From contig JAXLNO010004179.1 of assembly GCA_038087875.1 (NCBI GenBank), positions 124,001-188,000 on the forward strand: 64,000 bases of DNA, in the 5' to 3' direction. Shown piece by piece: positions 25,905-39,911 of this stretch. The position numbers were made by a program, and so were the translations under genes. The notes below the pieces were generated by a model. It had not been told where the DNA came from and did not search any database. It was given only the letters and a program-made list of their open reading frames with translations. How positions within the stretch are numbered: the stretch's first letter is position 1; every line of letters begins with the position of its first letter. This DNA comes from Malacoraja senta (taxonomy: Eukaryota).

Positions 25905-26260
25905 AGATTGTCAGAGTCAAATCATGGACAGAGAGAGAAACAGCACAGTAACAGGCCCTTTGGCCCACAGAGTCTATGCCAACTGGCAACCACCCATTTA
26001 CACTAATCCGACATTAGTCCCAATTTTAACTCACCCTAAAATCTCATCACCTCCCACTAAATTCTCCTACACATTAGGGGAATTAACCTACCAGCCTGCC
26101 CCTCTTTGGGATGCGGGAGGAAACTGGAATACCCAAAGGAAACCCATGCAGTCAGTGGGAGAATGTGCAAACTCCACACAGAGAGCACCCAAGGTCAGGA
26201 TTGAACCCTGGTCTCTGGTGGCGTGAAGCAATAGCTGTACCAGCTGCGCCACTGTGCCGC
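25905..26260 (-). mobile_element. V-SINE (HE1-like)
   Basis: Reverse strand GGCGGCACAGTGGCGCAGCTGGTACAGCTATTGC head and GGGCCAAAGGGCCTGTT tail. Confidence 0.75.
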
Positions 26261-26574
26261 CTAAAATTACACACTGGTTACTCCAGCGAACAGCTGCTCT
26301 TGTAATCGCCAGGATTTAAAGCAGGGCATGGAAATCCCATGTGATTGAGATAATTTGCTTGATGGTGGAAAAACTTATTATGTGTGTTACTTAACAAAAC
26401 AATAGTAAATAGAAAACCTAGAGCCAAGTGATTCTGGTGTACCTACTGGAGGACACTGTAGAGCAACACTAATGTTCAAGTTGGCCTTAGAAGGCCTGCT
26501 GCAAATTTCAGTTGGGACCAAGGCCTGGTAGCGCATATGTTCATGCGGTCACCAGTTAAGACCATGTTCAAGGA

Positions 26575-26830
26575 TCAAAGCACAAATGCTGGAGCAATTC
26601 AGTGGGTCAGGTTGAGGGTGAGGGTCAGGAAGAATGGCCCGACCCAAAATGTCACTTATCCGTTTCCTCTGCAGATGCTGCCTGACCTACTGAGTTAGCC
26701 AGCACCTTGCTTTTTTAGGGACTAATGTAGGATTAGTGTAAATGGGTGGTTGGCAGTTGGCATGGGCTCTGTGGGCTGAAGAGCCTGTTACTGTGCTGTT
26801 TCTCCCTGTGTCCATGACTTGACTCTGTGA
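26575..26830. mobile_element. Head-to-head pLTR-derived repeat followed by SINE 3' tail
   Basis: GCACAAATGCTGGAGCAATTCAGTGGGTCAGG ... CCTGACCTACTGAGTTAGCCAGCAC inverted arms; SINE tail 26715-26830. Confidence 0.6.
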
Positions 26831-27374
26831 CAATCTGATATGGAAATGTCAAGAATCCAGCATCAGCAATTCCTTGTGTCTCCATGTTCAAGTATGTGGG
26901 GTGGAAAGGTCCAATGGAGATGTTCTCTGATCAAGTTGGTGGCAGGTGATGCATACAGCCTGGAAATGTTAATGCCTTGGATTAGTAGTTGGGTTAATCT
27001 GAACCTTACAGGGATTCTAGCAATCCATTGCTGTGGTCTCAAGACCCTGGTATCCTGCGATTACCAACGAGGGTATCAATAACATTTCAAGATCTCCCAA
27101 ACTGCTCCTCAAGGAGCCCTTAAGGTGACAGGCACAGAACTCATATCAAGGGATCCACTCACTCATGCCAGGAAGGGCCTGATTGAATTTTTCAAATGGC
27201 TCAAAACAACCGAGATGTGGTTGCTATTGTGTTTCACTCCAGAAAATTAATCAATTTGCAATAGGAAGATGTCATGAGAAAATGTGAACGTTTTGTATTT
27301 AAAATAGATCTTTATTTTGCACACATATGCAAAGAAAATGTTAGATTTACAATGAATTTGTACTGTAATTTGTA

Positions 27375-27565
27375 CAGAATGCTCCCCGATTTACGATGCT
27401 TCGACTTGCGATATTTCGACTTTACGATCGGCAAACGCTCGGCAACGGCAGCGAGCTGAACGTCACTTCTGGTCACGTGATTGCAATGCGTTTTAGACTT
27501 GCGATATTTTCGATTTACGATTAGTTTATCGGAAGGTAACTCCATCGTAGGTCGAGGAGCAGCTG
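27375..27565. mobile_element. Tc1/mariner-pogo (Tigger5/MER47-like) MITE
   Basis: TA|CAGAATGCTCCCCGATTTACGATG ... CATCGTAGGTCGAGGAGCAGCTG|TA; TA TSD; 191 bp. Confidence 0.85.
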
Positions 27566-27764
27566 TAATGTGAAACTTTCATTTCTCCTCATCCTGCAGT
27601 TCAATTTATGGCCACTATTTGAATGATAATGGGAAATTTGTTGATGTTTACTTATTATACATATCAAAATTACTTTCAACTATCGTGACTACAGTTTAAA
27701 AAAAAATTTAATTGTCTCTAAAATATTTTAGGTACCCTGAGCTTAATAAAATGGTCCATATAAA

Positions 27765-28058
27765 GGTCAGTCTAGAGATACAGTGTGGAATCGGGCCCTT
27801 CGGCCCACCTAGTATGCGTCCACCAACAATTACCTGTACACTAGTTCTATCCTACACACTGGGGACAATTTACAGAACCCAATTAACCTACAAAACTGCA
27901 TGTCTTAGGAATGTGGGCTGAAACCAGAGCACCCGGAGAAAACCCATGCAGTCACAAGGAGGATGCACGCACTCCGTACAGACAGCATCCATAGTCAGGA
28001 TCAAAGCAGAGTCTCTGGCACTGTAAGCCAGCATCTCTACCACCGCGCCACTGTACCT
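27765..28058 (-). mobile_element. V-SINE (HE1-like), near full length
   Basis: Same structure as 3560-3868. Confidence 0.85.
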
Positions 28059-30764
28059 CCTAGAGTTCTTCCTTAAGGAGAATAACTAAGATACAAAATA
28101 TCTGAAACTATTGAGACGGGAGGCTTTTAATTTCCAATTAGTTTCCCAACATTTCGCCTCTGTGTCTGCTGTTCAACTCTGCTGAACATTATTTGTCCCT
28201 GCTTGTGCAATGTTTAAGATTGATAATAAAGACTTAAAAGGGCATTCCGTGCATGGTGGTCAAACTCATTTCTTTCAGAGGCGAGCAACCAGAATGTGAC
28301 GTGTGGGTGAAGGTTTTTTTTGTGACAACTTCACCTGCAAACAGCATGCATTTGATGTCAAACAAAGGAGACAAAAGACTGCTTTTCAGGACTACTTCAA
28401 ATAAATAGGAGGCATCAAGAATTCTTGCTTCACCAGAAGTTTTTGTTCTTGTGTTTTTTTTAGAAAAAGAGATTAGGCCACAGTGCCTGCTGACTACAAT
28501 TGGAAAATCAATATGTGCATATGTGCATTCACTGAAAGAAAACCGCCGTCTCTGAGAAGCTTATGCCATTGCTATTCCTGCCTAGCCAGTGCATTCTTGG
28601 CTGCAGTTGCAATACAGATGTGAATAGAAGCCACATTGCTTTGATGTGTATTGGAAAATCAGAAGTACCCTCATTAAACAGAGAGGACAGAACTTTGATT
28701 ACTGGCTTATTATTGCCGCTGTGATTTCTAATGATTGACAGACCAGATTTTTTTTCCACTTCTATTTCACAGGAGCACATGCTGAGGGATGCACTGTGCA
28801 GCCAATGCAAAGGCTCCATGTGGAAGGACAAGAGTCTAGGATCCTTCCGCTGCTGGAGATTGAGGGGATGAGTCCGGTGGGGAAACCTCTGCAACACAGG
28901 AAGGGAGTCACCCCAAGGGGGTACATGAGTGGCAATGGACCATGAATAAACAGATGCACAAAACCTGAAATACTGAATGTAAAGACCAACACTAAAAATG
29001 TTTTAAAAGCTTTGAACTGTGTTTTTTGCACCTATAATGATTACGTTTATTTTTTAAATTTAAAAAAAACTTTGGGCAGATTGTTGCACCACACATAGAA
29101 TTACCTGGAATTATGTTGAAATTATAAACCCAAATTGCAGCCCAACAGTCTTGTGTTGGTGTGCATCATCCAGACAAAATGTGGCTCTTGTAGCTCCAGC
29201 CCAATTTTTCCCTTTACCATTTATCTCCTCTTTCGCTCAATCATCATCTAATCTACTCCTAAATGTTGTCAAGGTTTCTGCTTCAATCGATAACTCTCGT
29301 GGTGCATTTTACAACCTCATAAACCCATTGTACAAAAAAGAATTTCCTGCGCTCTGTCATTTTAATCTTAAATCTATTTCCCCACATTTTAAATCCCTCC
29401 TTCTCTGCTCCAGGTTCCAAATTCAATTTCTGTCTTCACTCTTTTGAAGATGTTATTAACCCACTCGAAACAAATGGTCTGATTCTAAACTACCAAGAAG
29501 AAGAGAATCATGTGAATACATAAAATGTGCAAACACCCGTAACTCACACTACAGTTTCATGTTTTTAAATGTGTTTCTTCTGCATATTCCTAGTTCCAGC
29601 CAGGGTTATGACATGATCACCTGGTAACAACTGCATTCAGTTCTGATATTGATTAATAGGACATTTTTGTATGCTTTGTTAAGAGCAGAAAAGCATCATT
29701 TTAAAAAGAGCAATGCAGCATCGCAGGTCAACCTGTGATGAAAACACTGTTCATTTATGTCCCCGATGGACCGGTTAATTGCTGTAACCAGGTAAATGGA
29801 AAACACAGTTTTACAGGGTAGATGAAATGATTAAAAAAATGAATTACTGTAAGACACTAGATATTAGATGCACTGTTTATAATAATTCAACAGTCACTTT
29901 GACCATTCCTGACTAAAGTAGCTCAAATCACTAATGTACAGACCAAAGGGACTGCAAATATACCAGACCTCTTAATGGAAATAGAATTTGATGCCAATCA
30001 ACTTATAATAGCCTGTGGGTTTTCAAGTCAGGTAAAGGAGGAAAATACAGACAGAAGCAAGCTGAGATTATCTCTGATCCAGGGCTTTGCTGCATAACGT
30101 CAGTGTTTTAAAATGATTCAGTTTCTAATTTTATTATTATTGCCTTTACGTTCTAACAATCTACCCTGTGTCTTCCCAAACTATGTTTTCCAGACATTTT
30201 TATATTGAAAATGATACCTTCTCATCTACTTATAGTACAAATACTATAAAAACTGAAAATGTAATACATATCATAAAATTGTGTTATACTGACTTCAAAA
30301 TCGTGTAACACAGATTTGAAATGGAGCAATACAGTTTGGAAATACACAAGTCATCTCTCAAACTGATGTAATAATGATTTTGGCTACTTGCTCTTTCAAC
30401 ACTCAGGTTTGTTCTAGTAGCAGATAAAATAAATCCATAGGGTTGCGTAATGAATCAGAATTAACATATTTTCACTATTTTCTTGGGATTGCAATTATCC
30501 TTCATTTTAATCAAATATAAACATAATGTTCAGGTGGGGAATGCAATACTTTCTGATGAGCCATTTTCGTCCAAGCACTGACACATATAAAGCCAACAAT
30601 CAGTTTATATTTGGGGGCTATTTTCAGACATTTGTAATTATATTTATAATCAGCAGGTGCAAGTTAAATAGTTCCCATCAAATATAATTCTACCTTTTAA
30701 GTGAAGGGGCAGTATTATACCACATATGGTTCTGATTTTATTTAATTCCTTAAAAACTGTATTG

Positions 30765-31318
30765 TGTACAGTTTTAGTCTCCTAAATTGAGGAAGGACAT
30801 CCTTGTGATTGAGGCAGTGCAGCGTAGGTTCACGAGATTGATCCCTGGGATGGCGGGACTGTCATATGAGGAAAGATTGAAAAGACTAGGCTTGTATTCA
30901 CTGGAGTTTAGAAGGATGAAGGGATATCTTATAGAAACATATAAAATTATAAAAAGGACTGGACAAGCTAGATGCAGGAAAAATGTTCCCAATGTTGGGC
31001 GATTCCAGAACCAGGGGCCACAGTCTTAGAATAAAGGGGAGGCCATTTAGGACTGAGGTGACAAAATATGTTTTCACCCAGAGAGTTGTGAATTTGTGGA
31101 CTTCCCTGCCAGAGGGCAGTGGAGGCCAAATCACTGGATGGATTTAAGAGAGAGTTAGATAGAGCTCTAGGGGCTGGTGGAATCAAGGGATATGGGGAGA
31201 AGGCAGGCACGGGTTATTGATTGGGGACGATCTGCCATGATCACAATGAATGGCGGTGCTGGCTCGAAGGGCCGAATGGCCTCCTCCTGCACCTATTTTC
31301 AATGTTTCTATGTTTATG
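30765..31318 (+). mobile_element. CR1 LINE 3' end
   Basis: ORF 30787 contains EAVQRRFTRLIPGMAGLSYEERLKRLGLYSLEFRR; 3' UTR GGGCCGAATGGCCTCCTCCTGCACCTATTTTC followed by a (TATGTTTC)n-like tail. Confidence 0.9.
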
Positions 31319-31514
31319 TGCTATAATTCATTGGTACACAATTCCTAGTGAGATCATCACCAGTGGGAAGGTTATGGGTGGCAGCCAGGGGCTGTCTTTC
31401 CAAATCCTTATGTAGGCTTAGCCCTTTACCATTGACTGTGCTTGTCCTTCCACAGGTGCTTCTTAATCTGCATTTTCTGTTTTAATTCCCCATTAACACA
31501 TAACACATAAACAA

Positions 31515-31640
31515 AGACACAAGCGAGACTGCAAATGTTGGAATCTGGAGCAAAAAAACACCTGCTGGAGAAACACACTTGGTGAGGCAGCATCTGTGGA
31601 GGCAAAGTGAGGGCCAACGTTTTGGGTAGCACCCTGCATT
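31515..31640 (-). mobile_element. Penelope-pLTR-derived repeat, diverged
   Basis: GACACAAGCGAGACTGCAAATGTTGGAATCTGGAGC...GGCAGCATCTGTGGAGG...AACGTTTTGGG. Confidence 0.6.
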
Positions 31641-32479
31641 AGGACGTCATAAGAATCAAAATAAACAAAGACATTACAATGAACCAAGCCTCTGGTACTG
31701 GAGAGTTATGGGACACATGCTGTAGCAATACAACAACTTTAATAGTGTGTTTAATATAATAAAACAAGGCAAATTTCTTCATGGAGTACAATCAGGAAAA
31801 CCAGTTGACAATGTGATTAGGAGCAATAATCAGAAGGTTGGTTAAAGAGGTTAATTTTAAGCACAGACACTCACTTAACAACTTGGCTGCATGTGTAGGT
31901 CAGTGCAACCCTTGCCAGTGGAGTCATCACCATAATCTATATTATAAAATATCTTTATTCACTATGAAATGTAGTGTGTGGGTTTATATGTCAACCAACT
32001 GGTTCTAAATCTTTGAAAAGCCGGATCCTCTCCATTTTATTTCACTTTATGTAGCTATCCTAAAAATCAGGTCAAACTATTTTAATGATGTTTATTAAAA
32101 TCAGGAGCTGTTTTAAAAGCGTCACATGCCTTTACTTTAAAAAAAAAACACAAAATTGTTAATGCATCTGCCCGATAATTGTAGCATATTCATCATAAGA
32201 AGGTTAATCTAAGTGAGTCATTATTGTCAGGGTTATAGATTTCCTCTGGATGCATGTAATACAAAAGAGGAAAAAAGTGTTTGTAAATGAACAAATTGCG
32301 AGCAAGCAGTATTTTCAGATATGAATCAGTAATTACCATTCATGTAGTTAAGTGACCAGAGATAGAAATTAAATCTACAATTTTACTGAACATCTCTCGT
32401 TGCTGCACTGTTGTTCAGCACCAAATTAAATGGAAAGTTTAAGTTCAACAGCTCCTGTCTTTGTGCATACAAAAATAAA

Positions 32480-32775
32480 AATGGTAGAATAATGGATGTA
32501 ATGGACAAGTAATCTGGAGAGCTAGATTAATGATCCTGAAACTCAGGTTTAATTCTGCAGCACGTGAAGGATTTCAATTCAGCTGGTATTGAACAGGCGA
32601 CGTATCATAAATGGTGACTATAAAACTACCGGAAGATTATAAAATCCTCCATGTCCTCTAATGTACATTAGTGAAAGATTTTTGCTGCCCTTATCCAGCA
32701 TATCCTAAATGTGCCTCGAATGCAAGATTCTTAACTGCCTGGTGAACAGTCAAGCAAATCACTCAATTGTATGAA
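32480..32775 (+). mobile_element. Old tRNA-derived shark-type SINE remnant
   Basis: GGACAAGTAATCTGGAGAG...AATGGTGACTATAAAACTAC...CTTAACTGCC...CAAGCAAATCACTCAATTG resembles an abundant elasmobranch SINE. Confidence 0.45.
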
Positions 32776-32944
32776 ATCGTTACATCAAAGCATGAGAATA
32801 AAATCGAACGGGCCACCTTTCATTGGTCTCAGTGTTGGTTTTAGGCCCAACAAAGGCATACACAGCCCAGTCAGCCGAACAAAATACTCTGCACAAATAT
32901 CTGGGGACTTGAGCCTAAATTGGAGAGCTGTCCCACAAGTAATA

Positions 32945-33190
32945 ACAGAAAATGCTGGAGTAACTCAGCTGCTCAGCCAGCATCCACAAGAGGGAATGGA
33001 CAGATGAGATTTCAGGTCAGGATGGCCGAATTCTAATCCTATCCTTTATGACCTTATGTTTAAGAAGAAACTGCAAATGCTGGAAAATCAAAGGTAGACA
33101 AAAATGCTGGAGAAACTCAGCGGGCGAGGCAGCATCTATGAAGCGAAGGAAATAAGCAACATTTTGGGACGAAACCCTTCTTCAGACCTT
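32945..33190 (-). mobile_element. Two pLTR-derived hammerhead-type repeats; the second (33059-33187) has a GACCTTATG flanking repeat
   Basis: Minus strand GTCTGAAGAAGGGTTTCGTCCCAAAATGTTGC; GACCTTATG at 33050-33058 and 33185-33193. Confidence 0.75.
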
Positions 33191-35021
33191 ATGATCCTTT
33201 TTCAGACCCACCAGTGGAAGTGGCACACTCACATACAGTCTGGAAGGAATGTCCCAAAAATTCTCATCAATGAATTCAGACTCTGTGAAATTTAATGACA
33301 TTAAATCAAAGATGGGCAAGGGAACTTCCTGTCGTTTACCCATCTACACCCTCATTCAGGTGACAAATCAACCTTCCTTCACGTTGGACGTGACTTGAAA
33401 AGGCGCAGACTGTACCTGAGAGAGCAACTTCAATGTTTATCAGTTAATATTACCATTACTGACTGAATTAAGAAGGGCACAGCTTCTTACCTAGATCTTT
33501 GTCAGTTTATTAGAGAGAATCAATACAAGGATTAAAACAACGTAAACTTGTCCTATCCACTATAAGTAACTGAATCAAAACAGTATTGGTGGTACTATCT
33601 CTCATCTCATCTTCACCCTCCATATTGTGTGATACCACGTTATACCCATTATCCTGCATCTGTACACTGTGGACAGCTTGATTGTAATCATGTAGTCTTT
33701 TCGTTGACGGATAGCAAGTAACAAAGCACTTTTCACTCACCTCAGTACACGTGACTATGATTAATTGAACTAAACTAATATACAGGATGGAACACAAAGA
33801 AAAGAAAAACTCCAGCAATAATGAAAAAAAACACGTTCCTAACACCCACACTGCCTGTAGCTTCTGTGATCTAGAGGCTGTTAACAGGTGCTGCATAAAA
33901 CCAAATATTTCAAAAGAGTTGTTTTTTATAGAATTATAATTTATAGAATTAGAATCTATAGAATTATAATTAAAGTCAACTACAATTTTTAATGCTATGG
34001 CATGCAGCAAACTTAAGCATTAGCATCAAGTCGGGGGGGGGGGGGGGCAACCATAGTTCAGTAAAAGCCCCAAGAGACCTAAAGCAGATGTTAGGTCCTG
34101 GTGAAGCTACAAAACCAAATAGGTACTGAACAGCAAAACTAACGTACTATACAAAGAGCTGCACAAACCTACAGCTAATTGATTGAATATCGCTCTGCAG
34201 TCGTGCACATAAAACTGGAGACAGTAGTCAACCCAAGTCTGAGTATTTGGGAGGAGAGGCTTTCAGAACATCCCTCTCCTCAACAACTAAATAGCTCAGG
34301 AGAAAAAGATCAGGGTAATTAAACATCTAACACATCGAACACATATTCTAATGTCCACTCAAGAACTATCCTTACTTACATTGTTGTTCTTCATACAATG
34401 AACAACCATGTGGCATTAAATGATATTTGACGAGTAAAATTATTTTAAATAACTTTTATTACCCCTGTTCAGCGCAGGGGTTGGGATGTTTCCTCTGTAT
34501 TTGTTGTGTACCAATACAAATGATGGGTTCAATGTAGTTTATGACATGGCCTCAATGATAAGAGTTGTTCTTGTCATCATGTGCGGCACAGACAATGTGG
34601 GCAAAAGCGTCTGGTCCTGTGCTGTACTGTAATACGTTCTTTAAAAAAAACAGAATGAACCCAGGCAAAACTGTCTGCTTCCTTTAATTTGCGAGGATCT
34701 CTTCAGTACAACATACTCTCCTCAGAAGGAGATCATCTGCCCCCCTGTTGTTAACCTTTCAGTGCACTGTCCTTACTTGCCTTTTAGTGCTCTCTTCAGA
34801 CCATACACCCTTGGCTCAGTCATGCTGCCCCCTTCGATGAACAGTTTTGAAAACTGTGGCTCTGCTCCTTTTGATCAACTCTGTTCCTTCAGAGTCCGAT
34901 GCTCCCTCCTTTATATAAACCCCATTGTACAGTTACCACATACCCATGTTGAATTGTGCTGGTAGGTGTGTAGTCTGCTATTACTTTCCCAGTACAGAAA
35001 ACCAATGATGGTTTAGACCAT

Positions 35022-35321
35022 CACACAGCAGGACAGCGGTAGAGTTGCTTCCTAACAGCGCTAGAGACCCGGATTCGATCCTGACCATGGGTGCTGTCTA
35101 TATGGAGTTTGTACGCTCTCCCTGTGACCGTGTGGGATTTCTCTAGAATGCTCTGGTTTCATTTCCACATTCCAAAGACATGCAGGTTTGTAAGTTAATT
35201 GGCATCTGTAAATTGTCTCTAGTGCGTAGGATAGAATTATGGTAAGGGTGATTGCTGGTCAGCATGGACTCAGTGGGCCAAAGGGCCTGTTTCCACGCTG
35301 TAACTCTAAACAAAACTAAAC
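35022..35321 (+). mobile_element. V-SINE (HE1-like), full length
   Basis: CAGCGGTAGAGTTGCTTCCTAACAGCGCTAGAGACCCGGATTCGATCC (A/B boxes), V-domain and CTAAAC tail. Confidence 0.88.
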
Positions 35322-38300
35322 CAATCCCAGGAGTGCAGGCCACAGACATAGAACCACACATCATTTCTTAACTGTACACCTCTCTTGTAGGAAGCAGCTG
35401 CTTGACTGTGAAACATATTTCTGATCAATATGAACTTCGGCCAATAGCCCTCTGCAGCATTAACAGTTATTGGTAACATCCACCCCTCTTTGTCCTTCAG
35501 TAACAAAGTCAAACATTTTCAACCAGGCTGAACTGGACTTCAGTATGAAGTATCCAACAAAAGCTGTCTAAATGGGCATAACATTCAGCTGTTTGAAAGC
35601 AGACAGCTAGGAATAATTTCTAGGCCATTGTTAAACAATGCTCTTCAACCTCACCCATTAAGGAGAAATTCCTGTTCTTCCAACATGAATATGCAACAGT
35701 CAGGAAGTTTTTTTCCCCCAGCAATATCAAACCAACACTTTACACCGGTAGTATTTATTTTATTTACACCAACCGTATTGCAATTCCACTACAACCTTAG
35801 AGTTACTTTTACAAAAACAGAGATTGAAAGCCATGTGCTTCTCTCATTTCACACCGTATTGTGCACTAAAACATAATAAAAGATGCACCTGGCTTACAGG
35901 GCTCAGGCAATACTTTACGATGCAGATCAGCAGTAAAATGAAGGCTTTGAATTGCTTCCTCCTCTTACAGATCACACTCACATCAATTACAGCAATCATG
36001 TCACTTTGTGTCCTTTTAAAAACTTTGTTTAATTAGTGACCTACAATATAAGCAATTCATTAACCTTTCACGTACAAAGCTTGAGTCCCAAATAATTGAA
36101 TAACTCTCAGACACGATTGGCTTGCTCTTTTTAAAGGCATTTTCTTGCATTACTGAATCAGCACGAGTGGGTCTCACGGGGTTTATGAATCTGCCAAATA
36201 TAAACTGGCTGCCCTCTATTCAGCCATTAGCAATGGACCCCCATCTGTACTTGGGGCTATGAATCTGCACTCAGTATTGCCACCTGCTACAACAGTCTTG
36301 TTAATGCAGTCAGGCTGACTGTGCATCTGTGAGCTAGCTCTCTGTATAGAAGCTGCATTGTATCTGTATGGTGCATTTGCCCAGCTCAGTGCCAGTTCTG
36401 AGCTCATACTATACTCTTTTTTTAAGATACAGAACCTGTATGTATAAATGCTTAATGACCTCAGGATATCTCACAACAGTTTAAAACCAGTAGCATCGTG
36501 TTGTAACGAAGGACACAGCAGCCATTATGTGCACACCAAAATCACCCATGTGATGTTGGCCTGATAATGTGATGTTTAGAACTGATGTTGGCTGTGTGGT
36601 GAGTATCAGACAATCAGAAGTCCATATCATCATTTGGAATCATATTAACTGTGCAGCAGGATCTATGATTGGAGATTTTTTTTTAATTAATCACTGTAAA
36701 GCAGCTGATGTCAGCATAACATCTGCTCAGTGAACAGTGTATTGATTCAAAACCAAATGCATTTTCTGGCACTTTTTATATAGAAAAAATACCTTGAGGA
36801 AATGTTATGATGCAAAGTCTGACAATGAGACATAAAGAAATATTATGGCAAATTACTAATAATAGCAGATTTTAGCAATGATCTGTAAGAGGAGAGAACC
36901 ACAAATTATGATAAATGGAACCTTCCCTCCCTACTAACTACTCAATCGCAATTCCAAGAACACACCAGTTGCTTCCCAGTGGACAAAAGAACCCCTTCAG
37001 GAAAGCTATACCCCAGGCAGCTCACATGTGCCTCCTAGTGGCTGAGTCTGACACCACAAATGTAAGCTGGAGAACTGGTTCCCCGACATCCTCAGTTGAT
37101 CACAGCAAGTCAAAACATGGAGAACTCTCTCCACATTACCAAAAAGAACACCCTGATCTCCACAGCGATAAGACAAAGCTATGACTCCTGCGTACATTTT
37201 ATTCAAATGTAATTATGTGCCTCAGTTCAAAATATTAAATTGAGTACTTGTATTCTATTGATTGTTGTATTTGGTGGTCTTTGTTTTTGAGTTGCATGTT
37301 TGGAAGTAGCTGTTTCTCTGTGTTTTTTGGCAGGATGTACCAAATACCTCCCTTGTTGCTAAAACTGAGATTCAAATGAATGCACAGTATTTTCCAGCCC
37401 ACTCTTTCCCCCTCAACAAGTCCCTAGAAGCAGAAAATCAGTTCCCTTTCCATAAATATGTGCATGCATCTCAGTTTGATAATTGAAGTTTTGAAAAACA
37501 GTTGTTTATTTAATGTGCATTTTAAAGACTGTGACATTGTGAAGGCCTGGTCCATGCTTGTTTTAGCATGTCATATCCCCTCCCCCACCCTCCTCCTCCA
37601 CCCCTTTATTGAACGTCAGGCTGTCTACAAAGGTCAAAGTAAATGATTAGCAGTTGGTGCATTTTAAATGTTTCATTAATTATGAGACATTTCCTACTTG
37701 TGACACAATCTCAATAATATGCATAGAGTGCAAAGATTTATAGAACACATCTGGACATTTGGACTATCATTTTATTAGCAAAAACCACAAAATATGAGTA
37801 AATTCTGCTTCAGTTGTAGTTGCTAGTTTTCCCTCGTCCCTCTGGGCCATATTTTGGCAAAAAGGACAATATTGAAGTTTTACAGGCGCAGCTCGAAGCT
37901 GGCTACCACAGTGCATGCAGCTTCTCCAAGTGCAAGCTGGCCAAAAGTGCTGCAATGTAACAACTACCCCATTCAAAGAAATGTGTCATCTCCTCTTTGT
38001 CTCTCCGTCTTTCCCAACCCCCATCACTTCCACCACCCACCTTGCTTACATTGTCAGATACCTTGTAATGCTAGCAAGCTGATCTCATTCTAATACATCC
38101 TGGAGCACAGTCTTGTCGTTCCAATGGTTTCATCGCATTGTTTCAGAAAAGTTTAGTGTAAATTTAAACAGGCAAGAGTTACAAACCCAGTACATTTCAG
38201 TCTTTCCATTGTCAATGAATTTCATCAGACATTCTTTTTAACAGGGGGGTGAAATTAAGCTGGAGGTGTTTTGTTTCATTTAGCCAATATGAAACTAAAA

Positions 38301-38677
38301 CAAAAAAAAACTTTTAACATAAAGTTAACAAAAAGTAGCACAAAATAACATGGACAGCTGATTGCCATAATGTGGCCAAAAATTATGTTAAATTGTATGT
38401 CAATATTAATCTAATCACCACCCAAGTGGCTCAAGTGCCTATGGTACCCACTAGATTTTATGTCCCTGCCTTGTGATTCTGAATTACAAATATCTTCCCA
38501 CTTTAACACTGAGATCAATTGCAGGTCTCTGTAAACTGCAAAGTACAGTGACTTTTGTGGGTCTCACTGGTTACTGTCCTTGAACAGGCATAGCTTAAAA
38601 CAACAAGATAGTAAAATGGCATTGACTGTGGCATTCTGTTGTTTCACGAGTCAATGCCTCACAATGCCAGACACCTG

Positions 38678-39050
38678 GTTCTCGACCCGAAACGTTACCT
38701 ATTCCCCAGAGATGCTGTCTAACCCGCCCAGTTACTCCTGCTTTTTGTTTCTATCTTCAATCCTGACCTCTGATGTTGTCAGTGTGGAGTTTGCAAGTTT
38801 TCCATGAACAGCTTTGTCCCAAGTGCACCAGTTTTCTCTCATATTCCAACTACATGTCAGTTGGTACGATGATTACCCAGTGAAATGCCTCTTATGTGAG
38901 GTTATCAGTGGAATCTGGGTGGGTTGATTGATGAAAATACGACTTTTTAAAAATGGGTTTAATGTATTAGAATAAATGGATGATTGATGGCCTGCATGTC
39001 TTTAGTGGGCTGTCGAGCCTGTTTCCATGCTGTATCTCTCTTTGACTCCG
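38678..39050 (+). mobile_element. pLTR-derived repeat (38678-38757) inserted in or adjacent to a V-SINE
   Basis: CTCGACCCGAAACGTTACCTATTCCCCAGAGATGCTG, then a SINE body ending GCCTGTTTCCATGCTGTATCTCT. Confidence 0.65.
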
Positions 39051-39911
39051 ATTCATAGGGTTTTAGTTAATTTTAACCACTCTGCACTAGTATAAATGGC
39101 ATCATCAACACACATCTGCATTTTGTAATACAAAGCAACTGTGCTGACCTTCATTTTTTCCTCGGGTATTGGTAAGAAGTAATACCAATACATAGAGCTT
39201 TGTGTAGAAGCTACGTTTTGATGAGAAGATGCCCTCTGGACGACATTAAATGGGATGCCATTATCATGGAAAGAGTCTAGTCTAATCTAAGCTTTCAGAC
39301 AGATCACATAAACACCCGATGTGGCCATTTGGATGACAATAGGTCACATGTGAAGGCGCACATTCTTTCCACGGGTGTACCATGCATAATTCAAACAACA
39401 CAGGCGTTTTTGTAACCTTTCTGATCCTTGTGGAATGTGCCTGTATTGGGGTATTTCACACAATAGGTTCAACCATAGCTTTTTATAGGTCAATAACCTA
39501 TATTGCAACCCATGCCTGCAGTGGTTTTGACTTTACCTTATCTTGATGAATGATAATTGGAACATGCCTGCAGTACCTTCCTTTAACAAAACAGTAGAAA
39601 TCTAATCTAAGCAGTAAATATTTGACTAAATGGTACAGATTTCCATGCCAGACAACTGAAAAGTGCATTTAAGGGCTTTGAACTGATGCTCAGTCATAAA
39701 TTACAGAACACAGCCACCAGAAACTAAAAGAAGAGTTATTATAAATAATCATTTTACATTGCCTTATTTTAAAATATTATTCAGTTGAGTATTTGACTAA
39801 CTATTAATCTTCCTGCCTATAGGGTGTCACAAATGTGCATTGCATTAAAAACACCCACTAATTTTCCCAGTAGTATTCCGAGACTAGGATGGAAGTCAGA
39901 CAAAGAACATC

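Noticed and set aside
33510-34010. 166-aa minus-strand ORF
   Set aside because: Non-ATG start; spans a LINE 3' UTR remnant and an AT-rich tandem duplication; no homology evident.
35022-35095. tRNA-like sequence with A/B boxes
   Set aside because: Head of a V-SINE; it runs directly into the SINE body and is not a standalone tRNA gene.
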